Positions 12,881-25,500 of a DNA stretch of 64,000 bases are shown here, piece after piece. The stretch's first letter is position 1, and each line of letters opens with the position of its first letter. This stretch comes from Camelus ferus (taxonomy: Eukaryota), in contig NC_045697.1 of assembly GCF_009834535.1 (NCBI RefSeq), positions 7,008,001-7,072,000 of the forward strand, written 5' to 3'. The notes beneath the pieces are model-generated. The model made no database searches, was not told the DNA's origin, and worked only from the letters and a program-made list of their open reading frames with translations. Made by a program: the position numbers and the translations under genes.

Positions 12881-13978
12881 ATTTACATTGTTTTCAAATT
12901 TTAAATGATCATCATCACTGCCATTTATAAAAGCTATAATGTCATCTAATATTTATCCTTTACAGTTGTATGTACAAGACATCAGAAGGAGAGCCTTGAT
13001 CATCAGAAGAAGTTGAATATGATCCAAGCATCCCATCCAGTCTGTAGAATGGGTTTATCCATGTCCCATCCAAGCTGGACCAAACTTTAAATGTGAAGTG
13101 CACAACAGGTCTGGGTCTAGAGCCAAGAGAGCAGCTATAAAGTGGGGCTGATTATAGACCATCTCCCTAGGGCTGGTTGAATGCTAAGAATGGACTTTGG
13201 CACACTAGTGTTCCAATCAATATGTTGAAACATATCCCCTCCCTCCTTTCCCCAACCCTCTTTGCACCCTCCGCTTCAGCCAAAAGTATCTACACATTGG
13301 TCTGACTCAGACAGCATTTGCACATGTGGCTGATGTGTATCTTATTACACAATTTCAAGTCTACAATAATATCACATTTATTTATTTTTCCTTTACATTG
13401 TAGTAAATCTTTATTCTAAGCCTCTGTTCATTCACCAGACTGGTAGAAAATGATTTTCTTTGTTATTAGTACCCACCCTCTTATTAAAGGTCCAAAAGAA
13501 TTCTGGTGGCTTACTTGGTGCCCAGAAAATGTTCTAATTATGATTGCTGCTGATATCCTAGGTGCCCCCTTTACAAAATCCTTAAAGCAAGGAGGCCATG
13601 TGGTGCACGGTCCAGTGGGGCGCAGAAATCCTCATTGGTTTTGGGTCCAGACTCCCTTGGTGCACCTCACAGCCATTTTCTGTTTAAGGTCTTGCTGTTT
13701 TCTGAGTCTCTCTAACTTCATGGGTCTGACCTATCTATGTCATCTGCCTACAACTGCCACCTTCGCAGCCTTACAGGGAATCTTAGTCAACACTTCTTTC
13801 CCTTCTCTCCTTCTGTCTTCCCCTCAAGAACTTAACCAGCCCTTTGGAAAATAAACATCAGGATGAGGGGTTGTTTGAATCAACTTCTGTCTGTGTCTTG
13901 CTTCACATTCTTTTCTATGTTAAGAGGAACGAGGCCTGGCAATCTGCTCAGAGTGCCAGAGTAGACAGATGAAGGAGA

Positions 13979-14324
13979 TGTCTAATTGTTTGGGCTGTTG
14001 TAATGAAAATAAATACCAGAGACTGGGTGGCTGAACCAACAAAAATTTATTTGACATGGTTCTGGAGGCTGGGAAGTCCAAGATTAAGCCAAGAACCAAT
14101 TCAGAGTCTAGTGAGAGTCTACTTTCTGGCTCATAGAACCCCATCTTGTCACTGTGTCCTCATATGGCAGAAGGGGTGAGGAAGCCTTCTGGGGTATCAT
14201 TTATGAGGGCTTCACCCTCATGACTTCATCTTCTTCAAAGGCTCCACCCACTAACACCACTACATTGAGAGTTAGGATTTCAATATGTAAAGTTTGGGGA
14301 CACACACACATTTAGTCCATAACA
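13979..14324 (-). mobile_element. MaLR solo LTR (MLT1A/MST-like), 5-bp TSD GGAGA
   Basis: TG...CA termini; GGAGA at 13974-13978 and 14325-14329; diagnostic gttctggaggctgggaagtccaagat. Confidence 0.92.
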
Positions 14325-14461
14325 GGAGAGTTAAACACAATAACTAAACACAGTGTCAGCCCCAGTCATTGACTTTTATATTTCTCTGCCTAAAATTTTC
14401 CACTACCCCAACTAGATTGCCCTTCCCATCATTTTATAAAGTTACCATCATTGAACATTTA

Positions 14462-14895
14462 TATTTGGGTATGAGTTCCCTCTGAAGCTCATCCTGAGAT
14501 GAAGACTTGGGTTCAAGGAATTCCTTTTGGAGGTGACCTAGGAAGCACAGGTAGAGGAGCTGGGGAGAGAGATGGAGAATGAAAGGAAACCAGTCCAGAT
14601 GCATGAGAAGGCTACCATGTGGGACTGAGCTGAATCACACTCGAGACCTCTGAGCAACAGCATGGAATGTTCCTCAGCACTGGTCTGCTGGGTGGACTTG
14701 TCCACAAACTCCTGTTCATCATTGGCAGAGGGCTACTTCCAGAGGCACTAACTTTTTGGTACCTCCACTCTCCCCGTGTGTGAGCTGAGCCTCCCAGGGC
14801 CAGAGAAAGGGACTCACGGGCACTTGCAACAGTGCGTAGGACAACTGAGCGTGGGGGGGATTTGAGTGAGGCTCTGACAGCATCAGCCACTGTCC
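14462..14895 (-). mobile_element. ERVL-class LTR (LTR16/LTR33-like)
   Basis: gagttccctctgaagctcatcctgagatgaagacttgggttcaagga..ttttggaggtgacctaggaagcac; ORFs 14612..14938 and 14719..14916 fall inside it. Confidence 0.65.
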
Positions 14896-14971
14896 ACCGT
14901 GAAGATGGACCTTCATTCACAAGGTCTCCCCTGACCAACCCAGCCAGTGATTTCTCCTGATTCTGAGCACC

Positions 14972-15230
14972 AATAATGATAGTGGATTTATTGAATACTG
15001 AATGATTTATTTAACACACACCAGGAACTCTGATAAGCACTTTATATTAAACTAAAACACCTCTTTTAATTCTATTGAGAATCATATACAGGCTAATACC
15101 ATTATTACCTGAATTTTTGACATAAAAAAGCAAGGCTTGTGGAAGTTTAAACAACTCTCCATCATTCACAGTTTGTAATTTGAAGCCCCTGGGCCTGAGC
15201 CAGGACAGTCTGACCCTGCACATTCACTGA
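14972..15230 (-). mobile_element. MIR SINE
   Basis: atttattgaa...aagcactttata...accattattacctgaatttttgacataaaaaagcaaggct. Confidence 0.6.
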
Positions 15231-16086
15231 GCTGTATGTACTCACTTTTCTTTGCAGCCCTTCCTGTGAACCGTATTTAGAGCCTTTGGGCTGTGTGGAC
15301 CAGATGCCTTCTTGAAGACCTTAACTCACAGGCCTTGGTGAGAAGATGCAGCAGAAGCTTTGCCGTTACCTGTGGCTGTGCCAGGCTCTCATTCTCCTGC
15401 CGACCACTTTGGGTTATGTCTCGTTATTTCTCCTTCTATGACCAACAAGTTCATCTCCTCTGTATTTTCCCATCATTTTCCAGATGGTTTGATTGGCTTA
15501 AAGAAAGATCATTTCATTTCCAGCACCTGAAACAAGTGTCTGGCATGCAGGAGGCAATCAGCAAATAAGCAAAAATTATGGTAGGAAGATGGCACATTAG
15601 TGCTACTGGATCTCCGTCGTAGTGGTGGGGAATCTTGCGACAGACAGGCTAGGCTGTGTTAGCACACAGCTGGCGAGAGGTGGAGCCACAATTTGAAGCA
15701 AGGCATTCTGATTGTGGAGTCCTGTGCTCAGCCACTAATCTACATTGTCTCCTCATTACCCATCCTACCAGTCTTGCAGGGAACCACAGGCAGTGACTGG
15801 GTCCACTGTTTAAAGGGACTCCTTGGGGGTGCTGTAGATGATAGACTGGGGCTACTGGCTGCACAGGGCTGTTGGGGAGGTATTTCGTCAGTTCAGGGAA
15901 GAGGTGATGAGCAGCTGCGCTCAAGTCAGTGGGAAAGGAGGGGAGGGGTGGATGGATATGGAATGTATTTCACAGATGGTTGGGGCTATGTGACTTTAAC
16001 TATATGGCAGCTGTAATCTCCTGTGATTTATACAGGGCCCCTACTGATGGGGTAGTAAATTGTGACTGAAAGGGAAGCATTCTATA

Positions 16087-16566
16087 CAGATGAATTCCCC
16101 TGAATTAAGATGTTTTGACTTACGACTTTACAACTTTACAATGCTGCAAAAGTGGTACTCATTCGGTAGAAACCCATACTCCAGATTTTGAATATCAGTC
16201 TTTCTTCAGGCTGGTGATTCTGTCTTGTGAGGCTGGGCAGTGGTGGGGAGCTGCAGCTTCTCATCAGCCATGCAATCACGAGAGTAAACAACTGGTCAAC
16301 TTACAAGCACTCTGTACTTCACTTTCGGTAGAGTAGTCAACAGGTTACATGAGATATTCAACATTTTATTATATAATAGGACTTGAGTTAGATGATTTTC
16401 CCAGCTGTAGGCTTAGGTATCTGTTCTGAGCACATTGCAGGCAGGCTAGGCTCAGCTATGATGATTGGCAGGTTTGGGTGTATTAAAAGCATTTTCACCT
16501 TACAGCATTTTCAGCTTATGATGGGTTTACTGGGAGGTAAATTGCATATAAGTCAAGGAAGATCTG
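16087..16566 (-). mobile_element. MER47/Tigger5-type Tc1/mariner non-autonomous element, TA TSD
   Basis: Termini cagatg...gatctg flanked by TA (16085-16086, 16567-16568); internal gcattttcaccttac..ttttcagcttatgatgggttta. Confidence 0.85.
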
Positions 16567-16569
16567 TAT

Positions 16570-17025
16570 CCAATGATTAGGTCTCAGTCCTTCCAAGACC
16601 CTGTGTCACTGGGATGTGATCTTCAAAAGCGCTTCTCAGCTCCCCTCTTCCTATACGTGAAACAAGAATGCAGAGGGTACTGGAGCTGGGTAGTATCTCC
16701 TAGAGATGAAATTCATGGAAGTGTGGGGACCCCTAAGGATGTAGTGTCTTAAGCTGTTGCATGCTCAATGTCCAGCTAGTCTTCAATTACAGTTTAACAT
16801 GTCCCTAGCAGGCCATAGCAGCAGCATCTGCTCCTGGTAAGCTGGGAGTCTGGATGCACCTGTCTCTCCAGCTTCTGTTGCAGTGGCTTGCCCTTCTAGC
16901 TTGATTATCTTATGGGTCTAAGAGGAGCAGTAGGTTGTCAGTTAGCTTAGCTTCTGTTGTTGTTTTTGTTACGAGTACAGAATTTAAGACTTCCAAGTCA
17001 TGTCAGACCAGAAACTAGAAGCTTT
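16570..17025 (-). mobile_element. Old L1 (L1MC/L1MD-like) 5' end fragment
   Basis: caattacagtttaa...tctgctcctggtaagctg...cctgtctctccag...gggtctaagagga...gacttccaag matches old L1M 5' UTRs. Confidence 0.65.
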
Positions 17026-17217
17026 TAATTATAATTTTCTGATTGTGATTTCAGTTTTGTCCTTCTCTACTGGAACAGAGTCTCCTTGAAAGCAGGGATT
17101 TTGTTAGAGCTGTATCTCCAAGGCTTGTAGAATGCATGGCACATACTAGGAGCTTAATGTGTGTTAAACAAATTCATGAATTCTCATTCTTAAAAGACTA
17201 CTATGATTTGCATTTCT

Positions 17218-17604
17218 TTAATAATGAGATACCACCTCACACAGGTCAGAATGACTGTTGTCAAAAAGTCTACAAATACCAGATGTTAGAGAGGGTGTGG
17301 AGAAAAAGGAACCCTACTACACTGTTGGTGGAAACGTAAATTGGTGCAGCCACTATAGAAAACGGTATGGAATTTCCTTAAAAAACTGAAAGCAGAGTTA
17401 CTGTATGATCCAACAATCCTACTCTGGGCATATATCTGGAAAAAAAAAATAAAAACTCTAATTCAAAAAGTTACATGCATCCCCCATGTTCATAGCAGCA
17501 CTGTTTATAATAGCTAAGACATGGAATCAATATAAATGTCCATCCACAGATGATTGGATAAAAAAGATGTGGTATACACACACACACACACATATATATG
17601 TATA

Positions 17605-17657
<53 letters not shown>

Positions 17658-17925
17658 TATTACTCAGCCATAAAAAAGAATGAAATAATGCCTTTTGCAG
17701 CAACATGGATGAAACTAGATATGATCATACTAAGTGAAGTAAGTCGGACAGAGAAAGACAAACATCGTCTGATATCACTTATATGTGGGAATGTAAAGAA
17801 AGTGATGCAAATGAACTTACTTACAAAACAGAAATAAACTCACAGACATAGAAGAAAAAAAAAGTATGGTTACCACAGGGGAAAGAGTGGGAGGAATAAG
17901 TTAGGAGTTTGGGATTAGCAGATGC
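17218..17925 (+). mobile_element. L1 3' fragment (ORF2 C-terminus + 3'UTR) with internal (CA)n
   Basis: ORFs give MFIAALFIIAKTWNQYKCPSTDDWIKKMWY and EYYSAIKKNEIMPFAATWMKLDMIILSEVS, the L1 ORF2p C-terminus. Confidence 0.95.
17575..17653. repeat. Compound (CA)n/(TA)n microsatellite
   Basis: Read directly. Confidence 0.95.
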
Positions 17926-20299
17926 TCATTGTATCTATTTAAATCTTACTACAGTCAAGGCTACTAACATATCATCTCCTCACCTAGTTTCTGTGCATGT
18001 GTGTAGTGAGAGTGGCTGAAATCTACTCTCAACACATCTCCAGGCTGGGTAACTTTGAACTTGTTGGTTGATTCCTCCGGGCACCCCTTTCCTCATCGCT
18101 AAGTGTAACTTTCAACTTTTACCTCTCTAGGTGGCTGTGGAGATTAAAAGAGAAACCAAGAGAAGGCACCTAAAAATGACAGACTCATAAGAATTTTCTA
18201 ATAAATGTTAGTCCCCTCTCCTCGGTCTTTCCCCAGTTAACACTATTCCCTGGCAAACTGGCCTCAGGTTGGTTTGTTTTGCAGATATGAAAAGTGATTC
18301 AGTTACATCTTAACATGTTTTCTCAGTTTGGGGAAGAAAGGGTGATTGTTGGATTTCTAACAATAAATAAGGGCATTGGATGGTTTACAATATCATCTGC
18401 TTCTTGTTTCAATCAAGGTACTGAGTCCAGGAGAGTTAGATGAACGTCTTTATGTTCCTGGCATTGGGGACTATGGTTAAGTTAATTTGGGTTGCAGATA
18501 ATGAGCCTATGGAGCAGAGTTTTTGATAACTTGATCACCCTGTTTTTCTTTTATATTTCACCCTCTGCATTACATGGAAAACAGTGAATAATTGGAAAAT
18601 GGGAATTTCCTGGAACTTAGAGCTCACTCATCCCACAGGGCTAGTGCGGAGTGAGTTGACTGCTGACAGGGGCAGAAGGCAAGCAGTGTCCACACAATCA
18701 GGACCCTGATTAAATATCACGCGAGGGCCCCAGACAGCCTGTGAAACCATCTCCCCGGCCACAGGAGAAGATTTCAGTGCCTGAGCTGAAAAATTAAAAG
18801 GTGTGGAATCTAATCCGATAACAGGAGGCCGCGTAGACATTTTGACAGGGAACAAGACACTCACCTTGCCAAGGTGAACAGATGGCCTCCTTCAAGGGAC
18901 ACGAAGCAACTGTCACTGAAAACGGGCCCTCAGACCGTGTGAAAAGGAGGTGGTTCTCCAACCTTGGTGCCCTGGGAGAACAGGACGGGCCACATCTGAG
19001 ATGAGTGGAAAGGAGGGGAAATTTGAGAATGAGAGACAGTTTGCAGAAATGGATACTGGGGAGATAACTCCGTCTTTGGTCTAGGGTTTCTCACAAGTGG
19101 TGACGTTGTGTATTCATTGCTGAAATAAAAAGTGCCATCATGCCTGACAGAAATACAGGGATTTAAAAGATTTAAAGAAAGAACATCAGAGTAATTTATT
19201 TGTTTTGTTCCTAACATTTGACATACCCAAACTCTTTCTGGATACTGACACATAAAATACTATGTATTTCTTTTTCTTATCAAATGACTAAAAATATAAT
19301 TGGATCTATGTTTTATTTTAATCCTCTCCAGAGTTGAACTTCATCCCAACAGAATGCTGTGTGCATAATGTATGCAGTTTTCAGAAAACAGTATTGAGCA
19401 GACAATTCATCTGACCTTGGATGAAACAGTTCTGAAAGGCACTGAATTCCCATTCAGTAGGATTCCAGACTCTGGAGTGAGTACCCCAGACTTGGCACTT
19501 TCACCCTTCTTTGGGGTTCCTCATGCCCCTCCTCTCAGGAAGGCAGACTGGTTATGTCTTATGGACAAGCTGGATGTATTGCATTCACTCCCACAAACCC
19601 AGGATGGGTGGCCAAGTCTGGCCCATTCTAATATATTCATTGATGTTGTGAAAGTATGGAAAGCTGCCCCTCTCCAGTGTCCCTGCAGAGTGATTTTTTT
19701 CCCCTAAACAAATACCATGTGCACCTTTCCCCTTTCCTCTCCTAGTTCTTCTGGAGGAGGGACACGGGGGAGTGGACTAAATGATGTAATTGGTGAACAT
19801 GAGAAGACTCAGTGGGCATGCCTGGCTCTGACCTCTGCTTTTCTCCTAGGAGCCAGATGTCCACTGGACCACATGCCTCCTGCCCCTGATGCTGCGAGTC
19901 TTACCTGGCCCATCTGCTCCCCTGTGCCAAGGGACTGGATGGGTAAATCTGTCCCTGATTCCCGGGGCTCAGAGTCGAGATTGACTCATACTTAGACCTC
20001 CACCCTCCAGTCTGGCTTCAGTCTTGAATAGAGGTGATTATTTTACAAAATTATTATTTCTCAGACTGTTGGGGACTCAGGCAAGAAAGAGGAATGTGAT
20101 GGGATATCTCCTACAAAAGACCCCCAACAATAACCTCAGTCAAATAAATGAGTGTCATCTGAAGGAAGACTCAGGGGAGGAACGTATCCATGTGCAGAGA
20201 CCTCACTACCTACCTGACGCTGTGTACACAGGTTATCCACACTTGTCCTTTCTGCGGCTAATGAGGTAGGTTAGGAAAAGGCAGAGATTAACCTGGAAT

Positions 20300-20602
20300 G
20301 ACTGATCTCAATTAGCAAGGAGAAGTGGAGGTAGAGAGAGCTGTGCCGTGAACCGTGGGGTATTCCCGGGGCTCCTCTTCCTTTCTACCTTCCTGTCCAG
20401 TAGTGAAAGTCAGTGGAAAACCACAGCAACTAAAAAGAGGCAGGACCACTGAGGGTTCAGACCCTCAGGAGTGAAGGTTCGGTTTCCTCTATAATGCAAA
20501 AAGTGCTGATCAGCTACAGTCAAGGAGACTCAGAATGCGTAATGGAATAATAAATTTATAAATATTGACTGTGACTTTGTGTCCAGTTACAGAAACAGGA
20601 GT
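20300..20602 (+). mobile_element. ERVL/MaLR internal-region fragment (3' pol/integrase side)
   Basis: aaagtcagtggaaaaccacagcaac..aggcaggaccactgagggttcagaccctcaggagtgaaggtt..cagttacagaaacagga resembles ERVL-int. Confidence 0.6.
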
Positions 20603-20606
20603 TGCA

Positions 20607-20738
20607 TTTTTTAAAATTTTTTATTGATGTATAGTCAGTTTACCGTGTTGTGTCAGTTCCCGGTGTACGGCATGATAGTTTCATCATACACATACACACA
20701 TATATTCCTTTTCATACCCTTTTTCATTATAGGTTGCT
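20607..20738 (-). mobile_element. Short L1 3' end
   Basis: ttttttattgatgtatagtcagtttac..gttgtgtcagt..ggtgtac is the reverse complement of the L1 3' terminus. Confidence 0.85.
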
Positions 20739-22585
20739 GGCTCAGATCGTTCGAGTAAATTCTCTCGCATTCTTGTCTTCTTCCACCTTTTACAAGCCAC
20801 CAAGTTCCAGAAGGGATATTTTTTCATACTCTTTATATTTTACTTATTTTAGTCTTATATATTTTTATTTACTGTTTCTTTTCTAATATTTAGTGTGTCT
20901 AAAATAGGCCAGATACCACATAACCACATATGTTTGTTGTATCATTTAATCTTCAAAACTATCTTTCAAAATAGAAAAAAGAAGACCTGTGGTTTTCTCT
21001 AAGGCAAGTCAGAAACGTGAAGTACCTCTCACAGTATCCAGGGGGCTGTCCAAGTGGAGTTCTCAAACCCCAGTCTATCTGCGACCCCCTCCCCTTTACG
21101 TATTTGGAGTACTCAAATGAGATCTTTTTAAGCCTCAGTTCACACGTCTATAGAAGGAGAATCATGGATTAGAATTAGATTAAAATAAGTCTTGATGTTA
21201 ATAGAGACAAACATAGGTAGCACATACTGATATTATCATGGATTTTTATACATTCTCTTTAACTCTCATAAGAACACTTCATGGAAGGTACTATTGTTCC
21301 TCTTTCACAGAAGAGATAGCAGTTTCTTTTTGAGGCTCCCTGTGGTTCCAAAGGTACCTGATTTATTATAAGAAGTACGAAGTGAGTACTACAGAACACT
21401 GTGGGATACAGAGATCCCTACAGAGCGTATCAAATGTGAGTCCCACGGATGGCCGAGAAGGGGAGAGATGAGCGCTGGTGGTAGAGGCTTCTGGAGGGAA
21501 AGGGGCTTAGCAATGAGCAAGGGCTGAGGGATCGTACACATAGGAAGGGACTGTAGTGAGGCACAAAGACCAGATTTTTAACATAATATCTACAAAGAGC
21601 TAATTAATGTATGCTTAGGGAAAAAGGATCCTCAAAACTAACATTTTAAAACCGGCTCCCCGTTGAGCTACTTTCTTCCAGATACTATCTCTCCGTGTTC
21701 TGGTGTGCTTTAAAGGACTTCAGTACATGCCATTTGGAATGCCCACTCCTTCCTAGAACCCTCCTCCTAGTTCCATATTCATTTCTATCTTGTGATCCAT
21801 TTATTGGTTAGTCTGGTAGTTAATGATGCCATTTAAAAGTGCTGGTATGAGACGTGAAACTTCTTTTCATAGCACCTCATCAGGTGTTGAGGACAAGTCT
21901 ACAGGAAAGAAATTAATTATCTCTGTAGCCCATGCCACTTAAAAAAAAAAAACACTTCACTTCAGGAAGAGTCTTTAATTCCTTCTCTTGGTAAATTATG
22001 GAAAACCCTTAAAGAGCAGTGAATTAGTTGAGTTGGATGGCAGAAATGGCAGAAAACTCACTTGTCTATATTTTTTTCTCATGTAACACCTGGTGCTCCC
22101 TTCTGCATATTTTCCCATCAATTAATTTCATAGGATGCAGACTTTGATGGTGTTTTACTCATCACCCCCAGCATATACATCTGCACGCACCCCTTCTCAG
22201 AATTTCACAATCAGTTCTATCTCAAAAGATTATCAAAATAAAATGCAATGAACAGGGCAGAGGATATCATAATCATATTAAGGGCTGGGTTACCAAATAA
22301 AAATTGATTCTGTAATTCCACATTTGGTCCAAATCTCAGTCAGCCCTTCATCCTAGTCCCAAGGCCCCTGGTGTGCACTTCGTGTGAAATTTTACGTTCC
22401 TCCTTAATACGTTTTCATTTTTCCTGTTAGAAAGTGTAGTCACTTCTGCTATCATCCAGGGACCTTCCTCCTGATCAGTCAGCCTCTTGCCCCAGATACT
22501 GCTGAGCAGTTCTGAGTTCCTACCAGTGCCAGTGCATAGAGCTGCACCCGCTGTGGCCAGTTCTTTGAAAGGGACAAATACTCCG

Positions 22586-22960
22586 AGTATCAGTCTCCTA
22601 GGGCTGCATAACTGAGCACTTCAGGATGAGCTGCTTCAACAGGAGAAACGCACGTTCCTGCGGTTCCAGGGTAGAGAAGCCTGAGATCGAAGTGTGGGCT
22701 GTTTTCCTCTGCCGTCTCTCCCCTCAGTTTGTCGATGGCTTCCTGCTCCCTGTGTCCTCCCGTGCTCTCAGCTGTCTCTTAATCTACTTTCCTTATAAGG
22801 ACACCGGTCAAATCGGATGAGGACTCATCCATGTGACTTTGTTTTAAGTTAATATTCTCTTCAAAGAGCCTGTCTCCAAATACAGTCACATTCTAAGGAA
22901 CTGGAGATTAGGACTTCAGCATATGGAGTTGGGGGAGGACACGGTTCAGTCCCGTAGCCC
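22586..22960 (-). mobile_element. MaLR LTR (MLT1A/B/C-like)
   Basis: gtatcagtctcctagggctgcataac...tcttataaggacacc-like...tctccaaatacagtcacattctaagg..ttaggacttc. Confidence 0.85.
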
Positions 22961-23369
22961 TCCTGTGACACTGTGACCTTAATGACTCACAGTGCATAGT
23001 AATGTACTGGAGGCTCTGATCAATATGGTAGCAAATATATTATTTATCTTTGTCTTTAGTAAACTTGTTTGACTTTTTTTATAAACATTCATTAAAATTT
23101 CATGGGGAAGATGTTAAAAGGATAAAACTTTGAGCAACCCCGCCGTCCTGCCAGGCCGGCTAGACTCAGATCACTTGGAGTCATGTTAAAGTTATTCTGA
23201 TTCTCTATTGCAGAATTTGGTTTACAACAATCTTACTGCAACTGGAATCAAAAGCTGACATCTTTGAAAGGAAAAGTCGATGTGGGCATGTCACCCAATG
23301 AGACCTCGTGAAGATGGCCGTGGAACCGAATGTGCATTTTTTCACCCTGGAATTGACTTGGACTTGTCT

Positions 23370-24010
23370 CTTTCTCTCAAAACCACATCCCAGCTGCCAG
23401 AACATCCTAAGCCTGACTGCTTTCTGCCACTGGCCTTGCTCTCGTCCTAGGCCAGTCTCTGCTTACACCCATTTACTGCTTCCTTGGTTCTTTCTCATCA
23501 GAGCAACCAGCGTGTTCCTGCCGAAGGCAGTCAGGTTCTACCCTTCCGTTAGTCACCGCTCCATGGATTCATTCCTTGCCTGCAGCAGAAGCCGAAGTCC
23601 TCATGACAGTGCTGGTGGTCCTGTAGTCTCTGCCCATGTCGACCTCTCTGCCTCCATCCCCTGCACTGTCTTGCCCACTCCACTGCCTCGATCAGCAGAC
23701 TCCTATCTGCACACTTTGACTTCAGGAATTTTCATGAGCTTCCTCTCTAGTGAGAACTTTGCTGCCCAGACAGCTGCCCAGCCGGAGGCCTTGCTTCCTA
23801 CAGGTATTTTCTTAAATGTCGCCTTTTCAGTGATGCCTCTGATGACACTTCTCTAAAATCATAACCCCATCTTCTTTCCGTGAGTTATTTTTTTCCATGT
23901 ACGCTTCATAAAGGCATGTTGGTTTTGTTCATTGCCGCCTCCCTATTACCTAGAAAAAATGACCAGCTCACAGTCAGTGCTCAATAAATAAATATTTTTT
24001 TGATTGAACC
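23370..24010 (+). mobile_element. L2 3' fragment
   Basis: Ends cacagtcagtgctcaataaataaatatttttttgattgaa; ORF 23308..23856 lies inside it. Confidence 0.7.
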
Positions 24011-24324
24011 CATGAGTTCTGTTCACAGAGCTCCTTTCCACTCTGTCGCACTGTTTATCACTCTGTTACACTACACATTTGTTCATTCATTCATTCATTC
24101 GAGACAAGTGAGCATCTATTACGTTTCTGATGCTCTGGTTCCATAGTGGTGAGAAAAGCAGACGTACCCTGCATGGAGTTTTCTTGTCGGGTAATTGAAA
24201 TATATAGAGCATTCCTAGGCTTTGGGGTTTTTGTTTTTATTTTTGTTTTTTTGTGGTTTTTTTTTTTTTGTAAATTGTTTGTTTTCCTACCCTAGTGACA
24301 CTTACAATTTTTGTTTCAAATAAA

Positions 24325-24560
24325 ATTACAGCTAATATTGATAGGGTATGACCTCCTTGTCCTGCAACTTGCCGGACACTTAACATGCATTCTTCAATTT
24401 GATCCTCTCAGAAACCCATGAAATATGTAATATTATGATCTCAATTAATAGACAAAAAGGCAGAGGCATAAAAGCATAGACATTTCCCCATAATTTCCTG
24501 TAACTGCTCATAAGTGATAGAACCCAGATTTAAATTCAGATCGTCTGTATCCAAAAGTCA
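24325..24560 (-). mobile_element. MIR SINE
   Basis: tttgatcctctcagaaacccatgaaata..attatgatctcaattaatagacaaaaaggcagaggc..cccagatttaaattcaga. Confidence 0.7.
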
Positions 24561-24789
24561 AAATATTTCCTTTTTTTCTCTCCTTTACTTCTACTCTAGA
24601 TAGCTGGAAATATATGTTTATGTTAACTGCTCCCAAACATTCCATCCGAAATATCTCTCTGAGCCCCTATTATTCTCCTAGAGAAACAAGAGAAAAAAGT
24701 TATTGACCTCACAGGCTTTGTATCAGAGTGAAAGAGACATGACAGCAATGGAAAAGTAAAAAACAAATGAATGAACACACAAGAAAGTA

Positions 24790-25500
24790 GAGCAGGGTGG
24801 CACGTGGTGGAGAGCGATCCAGTGGCGACATTAGAATAGATGATCTGGAAATACCTCTAAGAAGGTGATCTGTAATTTGATATTCAAATACGAAAAGGGG
24901 CGTGCCTGGTGCTTCCAGAAAGGGCTTTGCAATCGAAAGGAATAGTTGTTGCAAAGGTCCTAAAGCAGGAATATTTTCGACCTACTTGAAAGACGAATGA
25001 ATGAATATAAGCTGGAGGAGAGTGTCTAAGGCAATGAGTGATAAGAAATATAGGTGGAAAGACAGGCAGGGACCACGGCACAGATCTTTGTAGTAATGAA
25101 CAAGGAGCTCGGGTTCTGTTCTAAGTGTCAGTAATGGAAGTTAGAGGAGAAGGAACAGAAGCAAAGAGACCAGTTGGAAAACCGCTGAGATAACCCACTA
25201 AGGAGATGCAAGTGGCTTTGTCTGGAATGGAGGCAGTGGGGCTGGGGGCAAGATCTCAGGGATATGTTCAGAAAGTTGATCACTAAGACATGCTGGGAAA
25301 GTGCGGGTTGGGGCTTAGGGAAGTGAGGAGACTCGAGCAGCTCCTAAGTTTCAGGTTCAGGCTCACCAGGTGGCTGGTGGTGACCTTCCTATGATGGGAA
25401 GACTGGGGCAGACGGAGGTTTGGGCAGCGGACAGAAAAATCTGGAGTTCAGTTTTGGGGACTGGTAAGCTTGACATACCCACTAGCGAGCTGTGTTGAAT
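24790..25500 (-). mobile_element. L2 fragment
   Basis: Purine-rich antisense L2 (tgcaaaggtcctaaagcagga...gagttcagttttgggg). Confidence 0.7.

Noticed and set aside
23308..23856. Longest ORF (182 aa) as a gene
   Set aside because: It lies in an L2 remnant, has a non-ATG start and Ser/Leu/Pro-biased composition, and shows no recognisable domain.
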